Below, piece after piece: positions 8,437-18,269 of a stretch of DNA of 64,000 nucleotides. Source of the DNA: a virus; IMG/VR virus record IMGVR_UViG_3300032294_002706, positions 1-64,000 of that record, one strand, 5' to 3'. How positions within the stretch are numbered: position 1 is the stretch's first letter; every line of letters begins with the position of its first letter. The translations under genes were made by a program, and so were the position numbers. Under the pieces are notes generated by a model. That model had not been told where the DNA came from, did not search any database, and saw nothing but the letters and a program-made list of their open reading frames with translations.

Positions 8437-9228
8437 ATGAAACCTTTAAACCCCAAGCTTGTTCTAGACCCAATGTGGCTTTGTCAAGCGAATTTTGTTG
8501 ACTTAGAGTATTACACGTACATTCTCTTGGACGCGAAGCAGAAGTATCTCACTAACTTAGATAGTGACTTTTCCAACTTTTACGAAATAGTTTTCCATTA
8601 CCTAAATTTAAACACTGTAATAGCTGATAAAAAGGTGTACGATTCACATTTGAATGTGGTTAGGTCACACGAAAAGTTAATGGAAATAGTAACTCAATTG
8701 GCCCAGTCGGATGACTCTAATGGGAAGAGTATCGTTAAGGCATGCTCGTCAATCCTGTCTGAGGTAATGGAGTCTTATTTAAAGAAGCAGATTCCTGTAT
8801 TAGAGCATATTCACTTTCATCTAAATAACAATCAAATACACAAGCAAGATGTGATCTATATTGTTAGTAAGTCCACTAAATTGGACAGATATGAAGTTTA
8901 CCGATTAAATCTAAAAAGCAAATGCAATCTAGGTTACTCAATCACAAGAAAGGCAGTATTGGATTTACCGGGTCTAAAGAATTCAGAGTTTAAGGCCAGG
9001 CTGCTTGAGGCAAAGCCTAATTTAAAAGATTTTAATCCTGACCAGAACGTGATAGTTGTTTCAGGCACTGATCATGTTGTGCTATCTGATGGAATTTGTC
9101 TTGCAAAGGACATTATCTTGGTCAATCGCATCATGAAACCAGTCCATGGATTTGACGCTAATGTTCTATTGGATTACAGCCGAATGCTTGAAAAAAAGAA
9201 GGCTATTCCCTTTAAATTAAAGGCTTAA
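8437..9228 (+). CDS. Hypothetical protein (lone plus-strand gene in the structural region)
   Basis: Long ORF filling the gap between two minus-strand genes. ATG 8437 (MKPLNPK) preferred over TTG 8371, which overlaps promoter boxes. Confidence 0.7.
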   Translation: MKPLNPKLVLDPMWLCQANFVDLEYYTYILLDAKQKYLTNLDSDFSNFYEIVFHYLNLNTVIADKKVYDSHLNVVRSHEKLMEIVTQLAQSDDSNGKSIVKACSSILSEVMESYLKKQIPVLEHIHFHLNNNQIHKQDVIYIVSKSTKLDRYEVYRLNLKSKCNLGYSITRKAVLDLPGLKNSEFKARLLEAKPNLKDFNPDQNVIVVSGTDHVVLSDGICLAKDIILVNRIMKPVHGFDANVLLDYSRMLEKKKAIPFKLKA

Positions 9229-12020
9229 GTGGCAGTTTCGTACGTAAAGTGGCATTGAAACTTAATAAGCTTGTCATAATAGTTGCCGTCCGCCGGAGCC
9301 GAAGTTGGAACCCATGATTCGTATAGACAGTCAAGAGCGGTAACTGGACTTAATTTACTAGTACCTGCATTACGACTAGCGAAGCCTGAATTACTAAACG
9401 CATCCACTCCTTTAACATCTCTTTCGCCAAAGAATAGTGCAGCTGGGGAATAGCTTGCTGAACCGCTTGCTGAGCTGTTCTGAACCCTGCCGAGTCTAAT
9501 TTCGGACTTTCCAGTTGGGTTGATTGGTAACGCATTGGCCGTTAGGCCTACAGCGCCAGAGGTTAAAACGGTTCCGCCGGTTACCACACCAGCACTATAA
9601 GTTAGGGGATTCTGATAGAATGCTGGAGACTGTACGACTGGATAAGTTGGGCCTCCGACCACGACCACAATAAGTGGATTCACACTATTGTCTATTTGTA
9701 GATTAAAGCTACCGGCGAGCACAGTGTCGCTAAGACGATCTCCCATTCCGGTGGAAAAGATCGAACCCACTGAACCTCCAGTTGGTTCAAGGTGTGTTCC
9801 AAACGGTAGAGTAAGCCCTATTGCACAGCTATTGAGCCACGTCCCATTTGTAGCATATAAGAAATCACAACGACTTGCATTTGAACCGGCTGCATATACT
9901 GAAGTCGGCGTGTTGGATGCGAATGTTCCAGTATAAGTTGTTGTTATCCAGTTAAATGTGGGGCTAATCGTGAAGTTTACCCAACATGTCACCTTTTTTC
10001 CAATCTTAACGTATCGTGCGTATTCAACTGTGATTGGAATATCACGGTATGTATAGCTTGATCCTGATCCAAGAGGGCCGTACAGTCCTTCTTCTTCAAC
10101 TGTACCGCTTGATGTCCAATATGCTCTAGCTGGATTAGCATAACTAGCTAAGTAACCTGACGTAGTGGTCATAAGTCTCTTAAATGATGGATTTGAGTTT
10201 GTTAGATTTTGTAGGGCTCCACCGTAAAGTGTTGGACTCCATGTGCCTTCTTCGTAATCATCGAGCGTATTTGGATCAGCCGATAGAACTTGAGTTACTG
10301 GGAATGGCAGACCTTGTGCGAGGCGATCCTCTTTTACGACGACTGCATTGTTTAGTGAAATTGTTGCCGCTGCATTTGAGGTTTGAAGTTTAAGGTTACC
10401 GTTAGTTGCGGTAATCGTCCAAGTAACTCCAGTACCGGAGGTATAGTCTATACCGTTTGATTTTATGGTTGAGGTAACGCCAGAACCTAATACAATATTT
10501 TGATTAAAGTTAAAGGTCACTCCACTTGGAGCATCGAAATCAATTGAGTTATTATTCGCTGGATTAAATCCTATTCCAAAGTAATTAACGGCTAAGCCTG
10601 CTCCAAAGCTGATATTTCGTTTAAAGAATAAACCATCAACTGAAACGCCGGCTCCAACTGCAGTAACCTCGGTGTTTGCTAATATGTGCTCGTTCGTCAA
10701 TTTCATTTCAATGGTTCGGCCAACTGACTGCGAAGTACCGGCCTTGTTGATTAACCAACGGTGTTCGCTATTTCTTCGAGGTGAGAATGACTCAGCAACC
10801 TCACTTCCGCTTGAAGAAAGATCATATTCAGCTCGGAGCATATAGTCTCCAGGATTGGCAGTAGTTCCACCACTGATTGTGAATCCGCCTAATCGATACT
10901 TTCTGATTCTTAAGTTTTCAAAGCTTGGACTAATCAAGAAGTTTTGAGAAGTAATTCCATTATAAACAGTAGGTAGAGTATCTAATGAACCTAGTTCAAT
11001 TTGACCTCTATAACCTTTTGATGCTGAATTAGTTTCAAATTCTTTTGCGGCATCCGCTGTGCCGTTAAAGAAAGAGTAAACCGATAAATTTGAAGTTTGT
11101 GGAAATATGCTGTCTACTGAGGCTGGATAAGTTATGAATTTATGAGGAGATCCTGAATTACCTAAACTAGTTAGATCAATTACTGGAGTACCAGCTAAAG
11201 CATAGGCATAGGTTTCACAAAGAGAGAATACTGTTCCACTAGAAGAATACACGTAATATCCTCCATTATTTGTTAATCCGCCGATTGATGTACCGCCCTC
11301 ATTAGAATAGGTTACGAATTGGCCAGTAGTTAAGCCGTGTCCAGCCGAAACAGTTATTTGATTATTAGTCAAACTTACAACCGACGAACTACTTGCATTA
11401 AATGATACTTCGGTTGATGAATTTGCAATCGCTGCAATGTTTGAGGAGACTAATGCTAATGAGCGTGTTTTTAACTCATTGAAATTATAGAGAACTGTTT
11501 GATAATTTGTTCCTAATCCTGGAATTACAAAGTTAGGGTCTCCACTAGTCACGCTATTTGTTAAATCTAATCCTGCTGTAACTCTAGGTTTTACGACTCT
11601 AGAAGAGGCTCCCAATCTAACGTACGGAGAAATATTTGTACCTAGTGCAGTTTGAACTAGCGTATTGAAATCTGTCAATACTTCCCAACCATAGAGATTA
11701 GATCCACTGGTTAATACTTTTTTAAAAACTTTGTCCGCTGTGATTAAAACGTCGCCGGTTCTAATACCAGACGGTGCACCAGATGGTGCGCTTGTGGAGG
11801 CGGTTGCTGGAGTTGTTCCGTAAATAACTGAGCCAGTTTCACCAGTTGGGCCGATTGGGCCGATTGGGCCAGCCGGGCCGATTGGGCCAGTTAGGCCGAT
11901 TGGGCCAGTTGCACCTATGCCGAGTGCAATTAATTGATTAAAGTTGAAGTTTACTTTATTTGAGACATCAACTTGACTATCGGTTGCAAATATCTCCTTT
12001 AAATTTATAATGATTGCCAT
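9225..12020 (-). CDS. Tail fibre / spike-like protein with short collagen segment
   Basis: 931 aa; GPIGPT collagen repeat near the N-terminus; HGLTTGQFVTY...IGGL..YYV module; DPNTLDDYEEGTWSP and YVKIGKKVT motifs common in phage fibre C-termini. Confidence 0.7.
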   Translation of the reverse strand: MAIIINLKEIFATDSQVDVSNKVNFNFNQLIALGIGATGPIGLTGPIGPAGPIGPIGPTGETGSVIYGTTPATASTSAPSGAPSGIRTGDVLITADKVFKKVLTSGSNLYGWEVLTDFNTLVQTALGTNISPYVRLGASSRVVKPRVTAGLDLTNSVTSGDPNFVIPGLGTNYQTVLYNFNELKTRSLALVSSNIAAIANSSTEVSFNASSSSVVSLTNNQITVSAGHGLTTGQFVTYSNEGGTSIGGLTNNGGYYVYSSSGTVFSLCETYAYALAGTPVIDLTSLGNSGSPHKFITYPASVDSIFPQTSNLSVYSFFNGTADAAKEFETNSASKGYRGQIELGSLDTLPTVYNGITSQNFLISPSFENLRIRKYRLGGFTISGGTTANPGDYMLRAEYDLSSSGSEVAESFSPRRNSEHRWLINKAGTSQSVGRTIEMKLTNEHILANTEVTAVGAGVSVDGLFFKRNISFGAGLAVNYFGIGFNPANNNSIDFDAPSGVTFNFNQNIVLGSGVTSTIKSNGIDYTSGTGVTWTITATNGNLKLQTSNAAATISLNNAVVVKEDRLAQGLPFPVTQVLSADPNTLDDYEEGTWSPTLYGGALQNLTNSNPSFKRLMTTTSGYLASYANPARAYWTSSGTVEEEGLYGPLGSGSSYTYRDIPITVEYARYVKIGKKVTCWVNFTISPTFNWITTTYTGTFASNTPTSVYAAGSNASRCDFLYATNGTWLNSCAIGLTLPFGTHLEPTGGSVGSIFSTGMGDRLSDTVLAGSFNLQIDNSVNPLIVVVVGGPTYPVVQSPAFYQNPLTYSAGVVTGGTVLTSGAVGLTANALPINPTGKSEIRLGRVQNSSASGSASYSPAALFFGERDVKGVDAFSNSGFASRNAGTSKLSPVTALDCLYESWVPTSAPADGNYYDKLIKFQCHFTYETAT

Positions 12021-15000
12021 TAAATGAATTTAATTTTTATTTTTGGCACTAGTTTTACACCGGTGTTAGGTTTTATCAAAATCGAGCCTTCTACTAGGTT
12101 TGATTTGGTATTATTTATTTTGACATTTCGAATTAAGCTATAACCTAGATCTCCAAGCAAATCGTAATCTACTTGAATGAAGTTAACTAAATTATTAGGT
12201 ATTGTACTATCATTTAGTGAATAGAACTCGAAACTTTCAATTGAATATAACTTAATTAAGTTAGTAGAGCAGTATTGAGCTAAGTACTGTTCAAAGGTTA
12301 GATCACCAAGAAATTCTGTACTCGTTGTAATTAAGTTGCCAGTCTCATCCTTAAAGAACTTTTGGAATTCAGAGCGAAGACCGTTATCTGATAGGTGCTT
12401 AGTTATTAGGTCAGTTATGTTCAATTTGAAACGAACTTCATTTCCAAAAATCGAATATTCTAAGTTAGAGGTTGTTGCAGTTGAGGTTAAGAAGGTTGGA
12501 TTATCTACCTCAAGTGCAGTGAATGACTCAATTGTAAAACCGGTCGGAACATTGATAAGCTTCGAAATGAACGAATAGTCTTCTGTAACCCTACGGCTTC
12601 CTGGAATTCTAGAGAATGTGTTCTTTTGTGAATACTCAAAATGGTAATTGTAATCCCAGCTAGAAGATAAGATATTTAAAGAGGTTCGGTCAATTGGAGT
12701 TTCTCCAATTAATGGATACTCAGCTGAATAGTTTTGGCTGTTCTCTAAATCTAAAATTGAAGTTTTTGCGTACTTAACAAACTCAAACTCCGGTATTACA
12801 AAGAAATTTTCAACGTGAGGATTTAGGCAAACATTTGCACTAGTTAAGTCATTTTCATTTATTGAAAAATTGTACTTGAATCCAGCGGTCGGTTTAGTTA
12901 TAATATCATATTCGCCAGAGTATCTGTTAACTGAGTAGGCTTGTGAATTAACTTCACTTAGCGTAACTCCTGCAATTTGATTAATTTGACCAGATTGAAC
13001 AGACTCTTGTGAAATCTTAACAATTGTTGATTTTGAAATTTCATCAGCAGCCAGCACCTCCATTGAGAGCTTCTTGACGTTTAGATTAATGCCATCAGTA
13101 TAGGTTTCCCAGCTAATAACTTCTTGTGATTTGTCCAATAGTTGAACAAATTTGGCAAATGAAAGATTTCCAAATAATTTATCAAAGTACTTGACTCCTC
13201 CAAATATTTGAAAGTGTTGAGCTTGCTCTACCCAAGTAGAAGTGATACCATTTGGAATACCCGAATCAGCGTAAGAGAATGAAACTAAGTCCCCTAAATT
13301 AATAGTTGCTGGAATAACGGTCTTAAGCGATTTAGTTGAGCTTTGGGACAAAATGGCTAGATTTTGATTTGCTCCAGCGATTCCGTCCTCAGTCAATGTA
13401 ATATTTGCTAAGTTGGTTGGAGTCGGCAAAACTGGTGTACTTGAAGGACCGCTAACTGTTTGAATTTGTAAAACAATACTCTTTTGACCTGGTTTTATTA
13501 TATAAAATGGAGAAAATCCGATATTTGACTGTTCTATTTCAGAGTCAGCTGCTGAATCATAGTCCAGCAATCCAATAAGCTTGCGAGTTTCAATAGACTC
13601 AGGCAATAGAGTAGCTGTGCTTATATTGATTCCACTCGTAGACAAGTCAACTCCTCTAGACAACTTAATCGTTGAATAGGCGGCTGCTTTATTATTGTAT
13701 TTCTTATTTTTTGCAAAATACAAGAAAGAATGAGTTAAATTAGAAACATTGCTAAATTCAATTCGGTAATCTCCGAATACCGAATCGTAATAAGACACAT
13801 TATGTTCTATTGAAAATTCGTCTAGTGCAGTAGAATTTGAATCAACTGGACTCGGTACAACCCAATTCGATTTGAATAGAACCTCTGTTCCGTTAGTTAT
13901 GCTTGTAGTTATGCCTCCATTAACATAGGCGATTGGTATTGTGAAAACTCCAGAAGAATAAGTAACTGAAGATGATGCTGTGTAAACAACTTCCTCGTAA
14001 CTTGAGTTAGCAATACCATACGCTATTTTAAACGAGTTTCCGCTCTGTAAAATCTGATTTAATTTATAGCTTTGATTAATTGTGCCGTTTGCAAAAAATG
14101 AAGAACTAACAGCTGACACTTGATTAATCGCTAGGGTTCCACCATTTAGGGTATTATTAAAAACTCCCGAACTTGGATCAAGTTGACCTGATCCAGCAGC
14201 GGCAGTATTCAACTCCCAGCTATCTTGGAACTCTGATTGAATTCTAACGCAAGGATATGTTCCTTGATTTAAAATTAGAGGTAGAGCCTGGGAAACACTA
14301 GCGTAAGTTCGCTCTCCTAGTCGATCTCCATTAGATATTAGTCCATTGCTGACATCCGAGTAAACGGTAGATCCAGCCGAAGCAATTATTGAAGAATATA
14401 GAGCAATTGGTGAGCTGGATGGAGAAATTACTGGCGCGTAAATAATATGAACAGTTTGGCCTAGATCGGCTGAGATCAAGGTAGTTCCATTAATTAAGTT
14501 TAGGTAAGTTGTTAAACTTGAAACAGTAATAGTTGCATCAATTGAATATCTAGTTTGAGTTGTCCTAAATGAATTATTGAATAGGGAAGTTTGATTGATC
14601 AAATCGCCAGTTGATGTTGACCAATCTGCAGTTAAGATTGAGTTGTCTAATAATCCTTTATAGCCGATTGCTACCTCTATTAGTACTGTGATCGATTTAG
14701 CATTCGTATTTTCAATCACTCTGTACTTTATAGGTTGCCGAGTTACAGTTGGAATCTCTTTAATTGGTTTAAGTAACACACTGAATTTGTAGTCTTCGAA
14801 TCGAGTTGTGTCAATTATTGAATTCCCAAAATCATCAATTTCATAGAATTTGAATTTGGCACCTTTAAACGTTGTTTCATACTGCTTGGTGAATTGATTC
14901 TTATTTAAAATTGAGTATCTAAATTGAGGCCTATCAACCTCAAATCCATTAACCTTTGGAATGTACGTAAAATAAGTTTCAAAATATTGAGTCGACCCGG

Positions 15001-18000
15001 TCAATTGGTCAATGTCAATTGGAGAATCAAAATACGAAAAGTTATATCGTGCAAGTTTAGGATCATTTAAGTATCCAAACTCTGATTCAATATAGAACCA
15101 CTCATGTGTCAACTTTTCAGGAGTTGGAGAAGTTTCTCGATGAGATGGTCCAAAATTATCCTTGCCAAACATAAGGTCGGAGTTTAATCGATATGGATTA
15201 TCACGGCCATCTGTTGAATCTTCCAGCCCCCATTTAGTTATGTATGGAATTACTCTACCGGTCGAGGCATAGTCTTTATTAAAATTTTCAAGGTAAACAT
15301 GGTATTCACTTGACACATTTCCTAAAACGTAACGATCTCGATTCTCATAAGTCAAATTTTGTTGACTTTGATATGCGTGGTCAGCCTTTAGTGCAAACGG
15401 GCCGCTATAATCTATTAGATCATTAGATTCATCGTAATAGGCTAAGTCTAATCGGTCTGGATATAGTGTACTGATTGGGTCAGTTGTAGTATTTGGTCTC
15501 TTTTTTCCGTATATTAAAATTGCATCTCCTCTAACCACCGTGTACTTTGATAATTGATCTGTATTTTGCCAAACTAGGGGTCTTGGCCCAGTTCCAACCG
15601 AGGCCATATCGTATAGTTGACCATTTACTTCAATGTCGCCATCTCCTATTATTTGGTATGAGTACTTTGTAAAGTCTAACATTGTAACATTTGCTGGAAT
15701 GTAAATGTCTTTATATAGATCAAGTAATAAATTTCTAGAGTATCGAGTTGAGTAAGTTGAAAAATCAATGTCCATTACTTCAAAAATTGAAAGTACTCCA
15801 ATTTTAGGTTTAAATAATTTTCTGATTTCTATTTTATCATAATTAACATTGACCACTTCATCATCGATTAGCTCAAGTGTTGCGTAGTTATTGAAGTATG
15901 AGAGCGCGGTTGCTTGATCAGCATCAGACAGTCCGCTTTTAACTAAATCAACCGCCCTACACACTCGACTAATCTTTGACCAGTTAGTGTTGGTCTTTAC
16001 GACTATATCATCAAGTATTGGAGTCAACTTTTCAATATTTCCAATATCAATGATTGCATGAGGTTTACTTAAAAATCCACAATCTGCCCAAACTAACGAA
16101 CTTGTGGAAGTTCCATTTATTTTAAAAGTTAAGGAAGATGCAGCAATTACCCTAATTTTTAACTCTCCGTAAGTATCTCCAAATTCACGAGACTGTATGA
16201 ATACTGTATCGTTGAATGGTACTGCAATAATAGAGGAGTTTTTTAACTGTATGGTAATTCCATAAATTGCTTGTGTGATTTGACTAATATCTAGGTCCGC
16301 ATTAACGTATATTCTAGAACCGTAAACTCCTTCAACGTATTCAGTTCCATTAAAGTACCACTTGCTGTTATCGATTGTTGAAATGTATTGTGTTCCGATA
16401 GCTGCTGGTGAATATTGTGTGTTGGATGGAGGTACTGAATTTGGATCGAGCGCTGAGAAATTTATAATTGGAATAGTTGGATAATCAACAACGTATGTGG
16501 TTCCAGTAGGCAAGCTTGAAGGTCCGCCAGTAAAGTACGATTTTACAAAAACTATTTCATCGTATCTTCCACCGCTATCATTTACGTCTAGGCAACTTCC
16601 ACTAGGATGGTATATTCTAAGACGATCCAAATGATCGGGCTTATTAACCAATTGTAGAGCAACGGTCGACTTGGTGTCAACCTTTGAAATTGAGGCAGTT
16701 GGCTGAGAAATTAAATCAGTAGGTCCAAAGAATGCACCTAGATCAACGCTAACATCATCTATTTTAAAGGTGACTAGTGTATCGCTTTGATTCCAATCAT
16801 TTGAATTAATTAGATGAAGATCTCCAGTTTTTGACTTGATATATGGAAAGAACAGAGTCTCAGTCGATGTTCGGTTTTGATTTATATCACTAAGGTTTTG
16901 ACCTAGAGCTTTTCCATTAAGCTTAACTCCAGTTGAATTAGTTAAGGTAAGCGAAATATCATCAGCTTGACTGTATTTTACCGGTAACGCTTGATCATTA
17001 ACAAATGGATCAAATACCAGAGTCTCAAGTTCAACCCATGGATCACTAATCGTTGAACTTTGAAGTTCAAACTTAATGGGATTAATATTATTAGCAGTTA
17101 TTGTAAGTTGCGTGCCTTGGGGAAAATTAGTGTATGTTCCAGAAATTGTTAGAACTCCACTACTAAATACGGCATTCGTAACTGAAATATTACCTGATCC
17201 AGTAAATGAAATATTATTGACGCCTAAATCTTCTAGATTAGTACCGGTTACCGATAACGTAAATGTTGAGCTTGGAGATAATGACAGTTGGCTAACTGTT
17301 TCAATAGCAACTACATTTTCGGAAGACTCAGAATACATTCGGTCTAAATCAATTTCAAATTCTTCTAGGTCAATGTCATTACAGTAAAAACCAAAATATC
17401 TATTGAATTCATAGTCATTTGAAGTAATATCGTTAAATAGGAATTCCATATTTAAGATTTTAGGATATACGATCTTATTTCTTTCATATCCTAATGTTAC
17501 AAATTCTTCAACCTTTAAGAGAGGTAGAGCTCTGCTAAATACTGTACTTAACTGCTCAGGAATTTCAACATAAGTACCGGATGAAATTGAAGCTCCACGA
17601 TATAGAGAGTAACCGCCAGTTTTGTGATTAACGTATAACGGTTTTTTAGTGAACATTGGGTTTTTAGCTATATTCTCCAAGTACTGTCCAATCTTTGAAG
17701 TTTTTCCAAGATCAAAAACTTTTACAATGGTAGAATGCTTAAACGCTTCGGTTGCAAATTCTTGAACTGAAATGTTTTGTAGAGTTTTTCCCTGACCTGC
17801 AGTATAGTTTGAGGCTCCAGGTATTTTAAAAATGACAAATTTGGTTGGAACTACTTGATCTAAATAGAGAGGAGCAAAGTAAGAAAATTTCTCAGAGTAT
17901 TGTCTACTCGTTAAATACTTTGCACCACTGGTATACAGATCAAAATCGAATTGATCTTTAAGATCCTTAGCAACAGCATTCTTACCAATGGTTGAACCTA

Positions 18001-18253
18001 CTTGATATGCAATTGACGATGGTGTTTTACCATTATCGTAAAATTTATAGAGATTAATCTCATGGTTTGAATTTTCGTTTATTGCGAATCTCTTATACTT
18101 TTGATCAGCGAGCTGTTCATTTGCATTAATGGAATTTAACCACAGATCTCCACCTGAATCAACGGTTAACTTAATGTTAGTTGTTAATTTTGGGTTAGTT
18201 CTTAATAATTGAAAGCTTACGTTTCTCTCAGCAAGTTGAGTGTATGTTACCAC
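12020..18253 (-). CDS. Very large putative structural (baseplate/tail) protein
   Basis: 2077 aa ORF, S/T/N-rich beta-type composition, 1-nt overlap with the downstream fibre gene; no enzyme motif recognised. Confidence 0.55.
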   Translation of the reverse strand: MVTYTQLAERNVSFQLLRTNPKLTTNIKLTVDSGGDLWLNSINANEQLADQKYKRFAINENSNHEINLYKFYDNGKTPSSIAYQVGSTIGKNAVAKDLKDQFDFDLYTSGAKYLTSRQYSEKFSYFAPLYLDQVVPTKFVIFKIPGASNYTAGQGKTLQNISVQEFATEAFKHSTIVKVFDLGKTSKIGQYLENIAKNPMFTKKPLYVNHKTGGYSLYRGASISSGTYVEIPEQLSTVFSRALPLLKVEEFVTLGYERNKIVYPKILNMEFLFNDITSNDYEFNRYFGFYCNDIDLEEFEIDLDRMYSESSENVVAIETVSQLSLSPSSTFTLSVTGTNLEDLGVNNISFTGSGNISVTNAVFSSGVLTISGTYTNFPQGTQLTITANNINPIKFELQSSTISDPWVELETLVFDPFVNDQALPVKYSQADDISLTLTNSTGVKLNGKALGQNLSDINQNRTSTETLFFPYIKSKTGDLHLINSNDWNQSDTLVTFKIDDVSVDLGAFFGPTDLISQPTASISKVDTKSTVALQLVNKPDHLDRLRIYHPSGSCLDVNDSGGRYDEIVFVKSYFTGGPSSLPTGTTYVVDYPTIPIINFSALDPNSVPPSNTQYSPAAIGTQYISTIDNSKWYFNGTEYVEGVYGSRIYVNADLDISQITQAIYGITIQLKNSSIIAVPFNDTVFIQSREFGDTYGELKIRVIAASSLTFKINGTSTSSLVWADCGFLSKPHAIIDIGNIEKLTPILDDIVVKTNTNWSKISRVCRAVDLVKSGLSDADQATALSYFNNYATLELIDDEVVNVNYDKIEIRKLFKPKIGVLSIFEVMDIDFSTYSTRYSRNLLLDLYKDIYIPANVTMLDFTKYSYQIIGDGDIEVNGQLYDMASVGTGPRPLVWQNTDQLSKYTVVRGDAILIYGKKRPNTTTDPISTLYPDRLDLAYYDESNDLIDYSGPFALKADHAYQSQQNLTYENRDRYVLGNVSSEYHVYLENFNKDYASTGRVIPYITKWGLEDSTDGRDNPYRLNSDLMFGKDNFGPSHRETSPTPEKLTHEWFYIESEFGYLNDPKLARYNFSYFDSPIDIDQLTGSTQYFETYFTYIPKVNGFEVDRPQFRYSILNKNQFTKQYETTFKGAKFKFYEIDDFGNSIIDTTRFEDYKFSVLLKPIKEIPTVTRQPIKYRVIENTNAKSITVLIEVAIGYKGLLDNSILTADWSTSTGDLINQTSLFNNSFRTTQTRYSIDATITVSSLTTYLNLINGTTLISADLGQTVHIIYAPVISPSSSPIALYSSIIASAGSTVYSDVSNGLISNGDRLGERTYASVSQALPLILNQGTYPCVRIQSEFQDSWELNTAAAGSGQLDPSSGVFNNTLNGGTLAINQVSAVSSSFFANGTINQSYKLNQILQSGNSFKIAYGIANSSYEEVVYTASSSVTYSSGVFTIPIAYVNGGITTSITNGTEVLFKSNWVVPSPVDSNSTALDEFSIEHNVSYYDSVFGDYRIEFSNVSNLTHSFLYFAKNKKYNNKAAAYSTIKLSRGVDLSTSGINISTATLLPESIETRKLIGLLDYDSAADSEIEQSNIGFSPFYIIKPGQKSIVLQIQTVSGPSSTPVLPTPTNLANITLTEDGIAGANQNLAILSQSSTKSLKTVIPATINLGDLVSFSYADSGIPNGITSTWVEQAQHFQIFGGVKYFDKLFGNLSFAKFVQLLDKSQEVISWETYTDGINLNVKKLSMEVLAADEISKSTIVKISQESVQSGQINQIAGVTLSEVNSQAYSVNRYSGEYDIITKPTAGFKYNFSINENDLTSANVCLNPHVENFFVIPEFEFVKYAKTSILDLENSQNYSAEYPLIGETPIDRTSLNILSSSWDYNYHFEYSQKNTFSRIPGSRRVTEDYSFISKLINVPTGFTIESFTALEVDNPTFLTSTATTSNLEYSIFGNEVRFKLNITDLITKHLSDNGLRSEFQKFFKDETGNLITTSTEFLGDLTFEQYLAQYCSTNLIKLYSIESFEFYSLNDSTIPNNLVNFIQVDYDLLGDLGYSLIRNVKINNTKSNLVEGSILIKPNTGVKLVPKIKIKFI

Positions 18254-18269
18254 AAGTTTATGTTATATT

